DNA from: Chloroflexota bacterium
Lineage (GTDB): Bacteria; Chloroflexota; Ktedonobacteria; Ktedonobacterales; JADMIN01
Assembly (NCBI GenBank): GCA_021323855.1
Contig: JAJPKE010000001.1
Coordinates: 8,662-72,661, forward strand
Direction: 5' to 3'
DNA length: 64,000 nucleotides
A model generated the notes under the pieces. The model worked only from the letters and a program-made list of their open reading frames with translations. It searched no databases and was not told the origin of the DNA. Below, one piece after another: positions 41,458 through 49,618 of this stretch (positions are counted from its first letter, which is position 1; each line of letters opens with the position of its first letter). The translations under genes were made by a program, and so were the position numbers.

Positions 41458-42057
41458 TTACATTTTATCCAAACCCTCACCATAGCCGACAATGACCGGC
41501 AATTCGGCTGGCATAAAGTCAGGCTGAAGGAAATACGCCGTCAGTCGCATATGTCCTTCGAGCAAGACCAGTGCGGAATGTTCATCTGCGCCAATGAGAA
41601 TGAGTTCAGGGAATGATGCGCCCGCGCGCAAGGCGTCCGCCATAGACCAGAAACCGCCATTATCCACCCCAAAGACGTTTATTCCTTGTCTGATACGCGC
41701 AGCGGCATCAACTGCCAGCCGGGAGCCGCCGGATAGCTCGGTCCAATAGTCATATTCTATATAGCGCACCTGGGCCAGGTCCGCCGGAGCGGCAAGCGCG
41801 CGATACCAGCGGATATCTTCAGGGAAGCCTGCGAAAACATCGGCATTACGGCGATAGCCGCGATGCTCGCCAAGCACGCGGCGGCGATAGGCGTTCTCCT
41901 CGGCATTGGTGATGTCTGGGTGGTCAATGATATAGCTGTCCTGCCCATCGCGCGCAAGAATCGCCAGAATCGCAGAGCTAAAGCGAGTGGAAGCAATCTC
42001 TGTTTTCAGAAAGATGGCCACCATCTCATCTTCGCTAATAGTCGCTATATGTCGCAT
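41458..42057 (-). CDS. Hypothetical protein (199 aa)
   Basis: The start is 7 nt after the GDPD stop. No family recognised. PELILIGADEHSALVLLEGHMRLTAY is reminiscent of the DGxHR motif of the ParB/Srx fold (weak). Confidence 0.6.
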   Translation of the reverse strand: MRHIATISEDEMVAIFLKTEIASTRFSSAILAILARDGQDSYIIDHPDITNAEENAYRRRVLGEHRGYRRNADVFAGFPEDIRWYRALAAPADLAQVRYIEYDYWTELSGGSRLAVDAAARIRQGINVFGVDNGGFWSMADALRAGASFPELILIGADEHSALVLLEGHMRLTAYFLQPDFMPAELPVIVGYGEGLDKM

Positions 42058-42064
42058 AGATCAG

Positions 42065-42910
42065 TTACTTTGTCTGACTCAACACGCGCGCCAGCACATC
42101 GGGCCGGTCCGACATCAGGCCATCCACGCCCCAATCCAGCAGCAGGCGCATCGTCGCCTCGTCATCTATCGTCCAGACGTGCAGGTCGAGGCCGAAGTGG
42201 TGCGCCGCGTTGATCGTGCGTGGCGAGGTGATGCGGATGCCCTTCCAGATATCTGGCACCTGGAGCGCATCATAGGCCGGGCGTAGCATGGTGGTGGTAT
42301 GGAAGAGGCAGGCCAGCACGAAATTACGGATCTCTGGCGCGCTGGCCGAGGTGGCAACGCGCCCCTCGGTGAGCCGGCGAAAGCGCAAAATGCCCGCATG
42401 CACGTCGCCGCTCGCCACCAGCACGCGATCTTCCGCCGCATATTCCTGGATCAGTCGCCAGAGTTTCTCCTCGCGTTCGGCGGTCGTCTCTTTCAGGTCA
42501 ATATTGATGCGCGTTTGGGGAAACTGCTCGAAGACGGCACGCAGCGTGGGAACGGCACAACCCTGCCCGCGAAAGGGATACGTTTGCCCGCCGTCCGTCG
42601 TGAAGTGATAGCCAGCATCAAGGCGGCGTAGCTCATCGAGGGTGAAGCTGCCAACCGGGCCAGCGCCGTTGGTTGTGCGGTCCACGGTAGCATCGTGGAT
42701 GACGACGATTTCACCTTCGCGTGTCGTCTGGATGTCCAGTTCCAGGGCGTCCGCGCCAAAGCTGAGGCCGTAGGTGAAGGCTTCGATGGTGTTTTCCGGT
42801 CGTAGCGCCGCGCCACCACGATGCGCGAAAAACAGCGGTCTGTTGTGCGTCAGATACGCGCGTCGCTCGCGCTGCTCCCGCTCCCGTTTGCCGGTTCGAT
42901 TCGCCACCAT
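42065..42910 (-). CDS. Glycerophosphodiester phosphodiesterase
   Basis: FAHRGGAALRPENTIEAF, ALELDIQTTREGEIVVIHD. Confidence 0.9.
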   Translation of the reverse strand: MVANRTGKREREQRERRAYLTHNRPLFFAHRGGAALRPENTIEAFTYGLSFGADALELDIQTTREGEIVVIHDATVDRTTNGAGPVGSFTLDELRRLDAGYHFTTDGGQTYPFRGQGCAVPTLRAVFEQFPQTRINIDLKETTAEREEKLWRLIQEYAAEDRVLVASGDVHAGILRFRRLTEGRVATSASAPEIRNFVLACLFHTTTMLRPAYDALQVPDIWKGIRITSPRTINAAHHFGLDLHVWTIDDEATMRLLLDWGVDGLMSDRPDVLARVLSQTK

Positions 42911-43237
42911 CCGCCATTCCCCTTTATTGTCCTATCAACGTCGAGTTGTTCCCATTGCCGATGAACGATAACCGAAAACATGCGCCTTTCGCAAGAGCAA
43001 TGCAGCGCAGCGAGCAGCACAGCGACATGTAACGCACGCTGTAACGACCCTCATATGCCATCGCTGGGTCAAGAGTCCCTTTCGCTTGCCCGACCTGCAT
43101 ACCGTTCTGTATACTGCACTGCAAACACAACAGGTAGTACAACGCAGTACATGCACAGTGTCGCGCAAGATCAAGAAACCCAAGAAAGCAGCGGCGCGAC
43201 AACGAGGGACCCGCGAACAAAAGGAGCGCCGGAGACG

Positions 43238-44872
43238 ATGCAGCAACCAGCACCAGCACAGCCCCCGGCGCTTGCTCCAGGAACGTTGCTTTCAGATCGC
43301 TATTTCATCCAGGGGTACATCGGCGGCGGCGGCTTCGGCCATATCTATAAGGCCCACGACAAGGTGCTGGGCCATCGGCGCGCCATCAAAGAGGCTTTCT
43401 ACCGTGACCCCAACACGCAGCGCCAGTTTCACCTGGAAGCCGAGTTCCTCATCAACGCGCGTCATCCCAATCTGGTGCAGGGCTATGCGCTCTTTGAGCA
43501 GGCTGGGCGCTTCTATCTGGTGATGGATTATGTGGACGGCTACACGCTCGAAGACATCACCATCCAGCAGATACGCCGCACCGGTCATCCCCTGCCGGAG
43601 ACGCAAATCCTCGACTGGATCATCCCTATCTGCGACGCTGTGCAGGCGCTGCACCAGCAGCCAACGCCGATCATCCACCGTGACATCAAGCCTGCCAACA
43701 TCAAGCTGAACCGCAAGGGCGTGCCGGTGCTGATTGATCTCGGCCTGGCGAAGCTCTACTATCGCGGTTCGCAGACCATCGGCGCGGCGCTGGCCTTCAC
43801 CCCTGGCTATGCCCCGCCGGAGCAGTATCAGGCCTCCGGCGCAACCGACCAGCGCACCGATGTCTATGGTATGGGCGCGACGCTCTATTATCTGCTCACA
43901 GGCTATCAGCCGACCGAAGCGCCAGCGCGCCTCAGTTCGACAACGCTGCCCACGCCGCGCAAGCTGAATCCCGCCCTCAGCCAGGCGACTGAGACAGCGA
44001 TTCTGCGGGCGATGTCGCTGGACCCTCTGGCGCGCCAGCAAACGATGAGCGCGCTGATGGCGGAGCTACAGGCGGCGCGTTCGATGCTCGTCACCGGCAA
44101 AATGCCCGCCACTGTCGCTGATGAGGAGCGGCGCATTCCCTGCACCCGCTGCGGCACCGCAAACGTGCCCGCAGCGCGTTTCTGCATGCGCTGCGGCAAC
44201 CCGATCACCACAGCGCAACCAGCGACCAGCGGCGTTGCCGTCGCCCAGGGGTTACAACTCGTGGCAAACAGCGCTGAATCCGTCGTGTCGCCAGCGCCCG
44301 TCGCTACGGCTGGCGGTGTGGTAGGCGACGAAACGCTGCTCGATGACCGGCATCGCACGCAGGCGCAGAATCCCCAGCCGTCTCAGCACAATCTGCCGCC
44401 TCAACCTTCTCAATCGCCTCAGCAGATGCAGTCATTGCCGCCCGCCGCGTCTGCTATCCCTGCCGTACCAGTGGTTGCGCCGCTGCCGCCGGTCGCCTCG
44501 CCGCCGCCCAATCATGCGCTCGATCAGGCGCGTGCCCGTATCCTGCGCTCGCCCTATGCCACTTTTCCTGCCTCTATCTCGCGGCAATTGCTCCGGCGGC
44601 AACCAACAGATGAACAGGAAGTCTGGGAAGTGCTGGCGGCGATTCTGGGCGGGGTGGCTTTCGCATTGAGCCTGCTGGCGGTCATTTCCGGCTGGCTACT
44701 CATCTTCTCGCTGCCAGCAATTGGATTGTCTGGCTGGAGTTGCTGGAGCTGGCTGAGCAAGCCGGACAAGACGCCGGAAGAGTTTAAGTGGCTGGCCGCC
44801 GGAACACTCGCGCTCAGCGTTCTCTGGATGTTCGCCTATTTCGTGTTCTTCCATCTACTCACGCATCATTGA
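43238..44872 (+). CDS. Ser/Thr protein kinase with zinc ribbon and C-terminal membrane anchor
   Basis: Trimmed to Met 43238. GGGGFGHIYKA, HRDIKPANIKL, DLG, TPGYAPPE. CTRCGTANVPAARFCMRCG. Q/P-rich linker, then C-terminal hydrophobic helices. Confidence 0.9.
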   Translation: MQQPAPAQPPALAPGTLLSDRYFIQGYIGGGGFGHIYKAHDKVLGHRRAIKEAFYRDPNTQRQFHLEAEFLINARHPNLVQGYALFEQAGRFYLVMDYVDGYTLEDITIQQIRRTGHPLPETQILDWIIPICDAVQALHQQPTPIIHRDIKPANIKLNRKGVPVLIDLGLAKLYYRGSQTIGAALAFTPGYAPPEQYQASGATDQRTDVYGMGATLYYLLTGYQPTEAPARLSSTTLPTPRKLNPALSQATETAILRAMSLDPLARQQTMSALMAELQAARSMLVTGKMPATVADEERRIPCTRCGTANVPAARFCMRCGNPITTAQPATSGVAVAQGLQLVANSAESVVSPAPVATAGGVVGDETLLDDRHRTQAQNPQPSQHNLPPQPSQSPQQMQSLPPAASAIPAVPVVAPLPPVASPPPNHALDQARARILRSPYATFPASISRQLLRRQPTDEQEVWEVLAAILGGVAFALSLLAVISGWLLIFSLPAIGLSGWSCWSWLSKPDKTPEEFKWLAAGTLALSVLWMFAYFVFFHLLTHH

Positions 44873-44874
44873 TG

Positions 44875-45020
44875 GCCCCCACCCCCAGCCCCTCCCCCGT
44901 CTACGGGAGAGGGGAGACCGGAGCTGCCGGCCCCGAACCCGCGCAGGCGGGTTTCGCGGCTGAAAGCCATCCAGGTGCGGTTTCAACCGCCCGCTCTCTT
45001 CGACGCGGTTTCAACCGACG
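44875..45020. repeat. GC-rich hairpin repeat copy 4 plus a second repeat type (GCGGTTTCAACCG x2)
   Basis: GCCCCCACCCCCAGC CCCTCCCCC-GTCTAC-GGGAGAGGGG (44875-44916), then GCGGGTTTCGCGGCTGAAAGCC and GCGGTTTCAACCG at 44977-44989 and 45005-45017. Lies between convergent stops. Confidence 0.65.
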
Positions 45021-45025
45021 GCTTG

Positions 45026-46147
45026 CTATTCCAGAGTGGCTGGCAGACCGAATGCCGCAAAGAGTCGCGGGCCAATCGGGCGAACAAAGTTGGTCATAGC
45101 AGTGATTGTCTCGCCCTGAAGCGCGAGTACCTGGATGGCACGCGCATGCCATGCGGAGTCTTCTGGACTGCGGCTGTACAGGGCAAAGGCAGGTTGCCCA
45201 TTCGCAGCCGTGGGCACGAGGCGAGAAGCGCCGCGAGTGGCGAGAGGACGCGGACCACTCTTTGATTCATGGCCATCCAGTCCCCAGGCCCAGCGGTAGA
45301 AAGCCCGAATCGCGGCGTGTCCACGATACCAATGCGGCCAGGGCGGCATGCTCAAGGTTGCGTCTTCGCGGAGGAGCGCAACAAAGGCGTCGAGATCAGC
45401 GCCTTCCCATGCCTGAACATAGCGGTCGAGCAATGTGCGCTGCTGCTCGTCCGGCACGGGCAGAGTCGTAGGTACACCAGAAGGAAACTGCTTGCCGAGC
45501 GTCGTGCGGGCACGTTGGAGTGCGCTGTTGGCGGATGCAACAGAGGTATCAAGTAGCACTGCCGTCTCGTTGGCAGACCAGCCAAGCACATCACGCAGCA
45601 GCAGCACAGCGCGCTGGCGCGGCGGAAGATGCTGAATCGCTGCGACGAAGGCAAGCTGTACCGACTCATGCAACTCATAGCGCGCGTCCGGGCCGGGCGC
45701 ATCGTCAGGGACGCCTTCGAGCGCCACGTCTGGATAGGGTTCGAGCCAGGGAATCTCCGTGGGTGGCGCACCCTCCGGCGTTTGGCTGGCGTCGAACGGC
45801 GCCCCCTGCATCTCCGGCAGCATCCGGCGAAGGTTCGCGCGTTTGGCGAGCGCATTGAGGCAGGCATTGGTGGCGATACGATAGAGCCAGCTACGGAAGG
45901 AGGAGCGTCCCTCAAAGCGATCAAGCCCGCGCCAGGCGCGCAGCAGCGTCTCCTGGGCGATATCTTCAGCATCCTGGAGCGATCCAAGCATGCGATAGCA
46001 GTGTAGTTGTATTTCGCGCTGATACGGTCCTGCAAGCTGCTGAAACGCTTCGCTGTCACTTCCTTTAGCTCTTTTAGCTGCGCCCAGAAATGTCTGCCAG
46101 TGTGCCGCGCTGACGGTCGAATCGTTCACTAATACCATCCCCCTCAC
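45026..46147 (-). CDS. ECF sigma factor with C-terminal NTF2/SnoaL-like extension (SigJ/TIGR02960-like)
   Basis: LRAWRGLDRFEGRSSFRSWLYRIATNACLNAL and RQRAVLLLRDVLGWSANETAVLLDTSVASANSALQRARTTL, followed by ~170 extra residues. Confidence 0.85.
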   Translation of the reverse strand: MRGMVLVNDSTVSAAHWQTFLGAAKRAKGSDSEAFQQLAGPYQREIQLHCYRMLGSLQDAEDIAQETLLRAWRGLDRFEGRSSFRSWLYRIATNACLNALAKRANLRRMLPEMQGAPFDASQTPEGAPPTEIPWLEPYPDVALEGVPDDAPGPDARYELHESVQLAFVAAIQHLPPRQRAVLLLRDVLGWSANETAVLLDTSVASANSALQRARTTLGKQFPSGVPTTLPVPDEQQRTLLDRYVQAWEGADLDAFVALLREDATLSMPPWPHWYRGHAAIRAFYRWAWGLDGHESKSGPRPLATRGASRLVPTAANGQPAFALYSRSPEDSAWHARAIQVLALQGETITAMTNFVRPIGPRLFAAFGLPATLE

Positions 46148-46287
46148 ACATCAGGATATGCGAGACGCTCTAGCGCAAGATTATGGCGCATCGTAGTCTC
46201 GCATGTCCATATAGACATATGCTCGGACACATGCTTGCTAACACATCATCATGCTAGCTACTTCTGGCTCATCTCGCAAGCTCCCCG

Positions 46288-47760
46288 CTAGCTCCTGCCT
46301 GCGCCAACTGCCTGTGGGACTTGCTCAGGCTGCACAGGCTGCACAGACACTACTGCGGTCACTGCTGACCTCGCAGCCGTCGCGCGCCTGCCTGGCAGCA
46401 ACAGACCGGCGGCGGCCCCGATGATGGCGAGGAGAGCGGCAGCGACCATCGCCACAGCAAAGCCATTGCTGAATGCCTGGGGAGAATGAAAGCTGCCTGT
46501 TCCCGCAAACACCGCCGAGAGAATCGCCACACCAAACGCTGCGCCAAGCTGGCGCGCCATGTTGTAGGTGCCGGATGCCTTGCCAATCTCATCTCTGGCA
46601 ACGGCATTGACCACCACATTCTGCGCGGCGGGCATGACGGCGGAGCCAAAGCCCGCAATCAGCAGTGGCAGAATGAGCGCGCCATAGACAAGGTCTGGCC
46701 TGGCAATCAACGCAATCCAGACAACTGCGATGGCTTGCAGCAGCATGGCGCCAACCATGATCGTGCGTTCGCCAAGCCGATTAATGAGCAGCCCAGAAAC
46801 CGGCGCCATGAGAGCAAGCATCACCGTCCAGGGGAGCAGCCGCAAGCCAGTGCCGAGTGGGCCATTGCCCTGCGCGGTCTGGAGAAATTGTGTCAGAAAG
46901 AACGTTGTGCCATAGAGCGAGGCAAAGAAAGCAAACCCTGCTGCGTTGCCCGCCGCAAAGGCGCGCGAACGGAAGAGCCGCATCGGCACCATCGGCACGC
47001 GGGTGCGTAGCTCCCAAAAGACGAAGGCTACCGCCAGCACTGCGCCCGCCACCAGCGTCGCCACTACTTCAACGCTGCCCCAGCCGGCGCTATTGCCGCG
47101 CACCAGCCCCCAGACGATGCCCAGGACTGCGCCCGTCACGAGCAAGAGGCCACCGACATCGAGCCTCGTGCGCGCCCCAAAGTTCTCCTCCATGCGCGTG
47201 AGAACCAGCGGAATGAGCACCAACCCAATAGGGACGTTGAGCCAGAAAATCCACTGCCAGGCGATGCCCTGCGTGATGGCGCCACCGATGACTGGACCGG
47301 CGAGGACGGCCAGCCCTGCCGTTCCGCTGAATGCGCCAAGCGCCTTGCTACGCTGTTCCGGCGAGAACGCCGCGCTGAGCAGCGTCAACGCCAGCGGCAA
47401 TACCAGCGCCGACCCGCAGCCCTGGATGGTCCGTGCAACAATGAGCCAGCCGATATTTGGTGCGAGTGCACAGGCCGCCGATGCCGCTGTGAACAGTCCC
47501 AGACCGATGACGAACATACGCCTGCGCCCGAAGCGATCACCAAGCGCCGTCCCCACCATCAACAACACGGCGAAGCTCAGCGTGTAAGCGTTCACCGTCC
47601 ATTCCAATTCTTCAATAGTGGCACCCAGGTGCAGACGGATCGTACTCAACGCCGTCGCCACCACTAAAGCGTCGAGCGCCACCATTAACGACCCCACCGA
47701 AGCCAGGATAAGCGTCCACCGCTGTTTTGCTGTCATAGTGCTTTTGCCTTCTTTTGGCAT
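46288..47760 (-). CDS. MFS transporter, DHA2 (EmrB/QacA-like, 14 TM)
   Basis: LGDRFGRRRMFVIGL motif and ~14 hydrophobic segments. Met 47736 is an alternative start. Confidence 0.9.
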   Translation of the reverse strand: MPKEGKSTMTAKQRWTLILASVGSLMVALDALVVATALSTIRLHLGATIEELEWTVNAYTLSFAVLLMVGTALGDRFGRRRMFVIGLGLFTAASAACALAPNIGWLIVARTIQGCGSALVLPLALTLLSAAFSPEQRSKALGAFSGTAGLAVLAGPVIGGAITQGIAWQWIFWLNVPIGLVLIPLVLTRMEENFGARTRLDVGGLLLVTGAVLGIVWGLVRGNSAGWGSVEVVATLVAGAVLAVAFVFWELRTRVPMVPMRLFRSRAFAAGNAAGFAFFASLYGTTFFLTQFLQTAQGNGPLGTGLRLLPWTVMLALMAPVSGLLINRLGERTIMVGAMLLQAIAVVWIALIARPDLVYGALILPLLIAGFGSAVMPAAQNVVVNAVARDEIGKASGTYNMARQLGAAFGVAILSAVFAGTGSFHSPQAFSNGFAVAMVAAALLAIIGAAAGLLLPGRRATAARSAVTAVVSVQPVQPEQVPQAVGAGRS

Positions 47761-48155
47761 CCTGATATCCGCGATATCCCGATGCTCTTTGTTCTCTATC
47801 TCGCCCGAAAGCGCGCCATATCTGAGCAGATCACCTTGATGTGGCGCGCCGAGCGCCTATATTGATGCGTCCATAGGTAATGACCATGAGCGGAGGCGAA
47901 ACTAATCGGTCCACCGGCACAAGAGGAATAATTTGGCGGGAGAACGATGTGATGAGCGGCAAAAGTGATAAGAGGAGGATGAACTGTCATCTTTTCGGGA
48001 GGAATGCAGTCCATTTATGCGCTACACGCGTCTAGCAAACCCACGGTGCGAATAGGCGGGAAAGCAGGGTGGTTGCGTGCCAGAGGATCAAGTCGAAGGC
48101 GCGTCTGGAGCGCCATAGGAGCAACCGAAGGCGGCGAACGCTTCAGACGAGTTCC

Positions 48156-48593
48156 TCAAAGTTCTTCAGCCAGCGCGACGATGATGCCAGCCGGGCCGCG
48201 CATGTAGCAGAGTCTGTATATGTTCTCGTACTGGACCACCTCGCCGATGAGTTCGGCGCCGTTGGCGCGCAGGCGAGCGATAGTGTCGTCAATGTTCTCG
48301 ACGGCAAACATAACGCTTCGGAGGCCCAGCGTATTCGGCGGTGCGATAGCCGGTTCGACCTCGACGAGTTGTGGATGGCGAAACTTCGTCAGCTCAAGCC
48401 GCCCATGCCCATCTGGGGTCTGCATCATAACGATGTCAACCTGGACATTTTCGATTGCGTTGATGCGATCCACCCACGGACCTTCGACCTGCGCTTCCCC
48501 TTCGACTGTCATGCCAAGCGTGGTGAAAAAAGCGATAGCGGCTGCAAGGTCGTCAACGACGACGCTGATGTGGTCCAACCTCTTGAGTGTCAT
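48156..48593 (-). CDS. VOC (glyoxalase/bleomycin resistance/dioxygenase) family protein
   Basis: Trimmed to Met 48593. LKRLDHISVVVDDLAAAIAFFTTLGM. Confidence 0.85.
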   Translation of the reverse strand: MTLKRLDHISVVVDDLAAAIAFFTTLGMTVEGEAQVEGPWVDRINAIENVQVDIVMMQTPDGHGRLELTKFRHPQLVEVEPAIAPPNTLGLRSVMFAVENIDDTIARLRANGAELIGEVVQYENIYRLCYMRGPAGIIVALAEEL

Positions 48594-48798
48594 GTCCCTG
48601 GTTCCAATCTCTTGATCGTCATGTCTCCAGTATAGCATCGGTCGTCGTCATGGCACCTCCTCCATGACACCTATTCTGCCTTCTTAGCCGCTGACGCGAC
48701 GGTTCTTATTGGGCGTGCTAAAAGCGAGCCTATGCGCTGGCCTGTTGCTCTGTGGTAGGATGGAATATCAATCAGCACTCATGAAAGGATGCCGCTCT

Positions 48799-49386
48799 AT
48801 GCCCATCAATACCACCCGTATCCTGACGCCCCTCTTCGAGGAGTTGCGCGGCGAGCGCGTGCTGGTGCGCCCCTATCGTGAAGATGACGCCGCCGCGTTA
48901 TATGAAGCCGTCGCCGAGTCGCGCGAACATATTCGTCCCTGGTTGCCTTTTGCAGACGAACATCAGACCGTGGAGGAGAGCCTGGCGGTCATTCGTCACT
49001 TCATCTCCAACTGGCTGGTGCGCGAGGAAATGACGGTGGCGCTCTTCGATGCGCAGACCGGCCAGTACGCCGGCGGGAGCGGGCTGCATCCGCGTAACTG
49101 GGAGATCGGCTTCTTCGAGATTGGCTACTGGGTGCGCAAATCCGCCGAGGGCAAAGGCTACATCAGCGAGGCAGTCAAACTGCTCACCGATTACGCCTTT
49201 GCCTCGCTCCAGGCGAACCGTGTGATGATTCGCTGCGACGCGCGCAACAACCGCAGCGCCGCCGTGCCGCGCCGTCTGGGCTTCGTGGAAGAGGCGCTGC
49301 TGCGTAACGATAGCATCGCCACCGACGGCACGATTCGCAGCACACTCGTCTTTTCTCTCACGCCAGACGATCCTCGCTGGCCGTGA
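48799..49386 (+). CDS. GNAT family N-acetyltransferase (RimJ/RimL-like)
   Basis: ATG 48799 after GAAAGGA. LVRPYREDDAAALYEAV, GKGYISEAVKLLTDYAF, ANRVMIRCDARNNRSAAVPRRLGF. Confidence 0.85.
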   Translation: MPINTTRILTPLFEELRGERVLVRPYREDDAAALYEAVAESREHIRPWLPFADEHQTVEESLAVIRHFISNWLVREEMTVALFDAQTGQYAGGSGLHPRNWEIGFFEIGYWVRKSAEGKGYISEAVKLLTDYAFASLQANRVMIRCDARNNRSAAVPRRLGFVEEALLRNDSIATDGTIRSTLVFSLTPDDPRWP

Positions 49387-49571
49387 TAGCCACCAGAGAC
49401 CTCATCCCATCGGAGAGGGGTCGCTGGGCAAAGGGGTTCGATGATAGCACACCATTCTTCGCGCGCGGCTATTTGCTGTATGGCAACACCGACCAGCATG
49501 CCCCACAGTCCTCTCTCCTATTGTGGGATGGCTATCTGGTTGCCGAAATGCCAACCCGCGTGCCGCCACGG

Positions 49572-49618
49572 TCCCCTCTCCCCGTGGGAGAGGGGTGGCC
49601 GCAGGCCGGGGTGAGGTC
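49572..49618. repeat. GC-rich hairpin repeat (REP-like), copy 5
   Basis: CCCCTCTCC-CCGTG-GGAGAGGGG TGGCCGCAGGCCGGGGTGAGGTC, abutting the permease stop codon. Confidence 0.65.

Noticed and set aside
47761-48155. 395-bp gap upstream of the DHA2 MFS transporter; checked for a riboswitch or leader RNA.
   Set aside because: I could not match either strand to any riboswitch consensus I know (TPP, guanidine/ykkC, SAM, cobalamin, fluoride and others). It needs an Rfam scan, so no claim is made.
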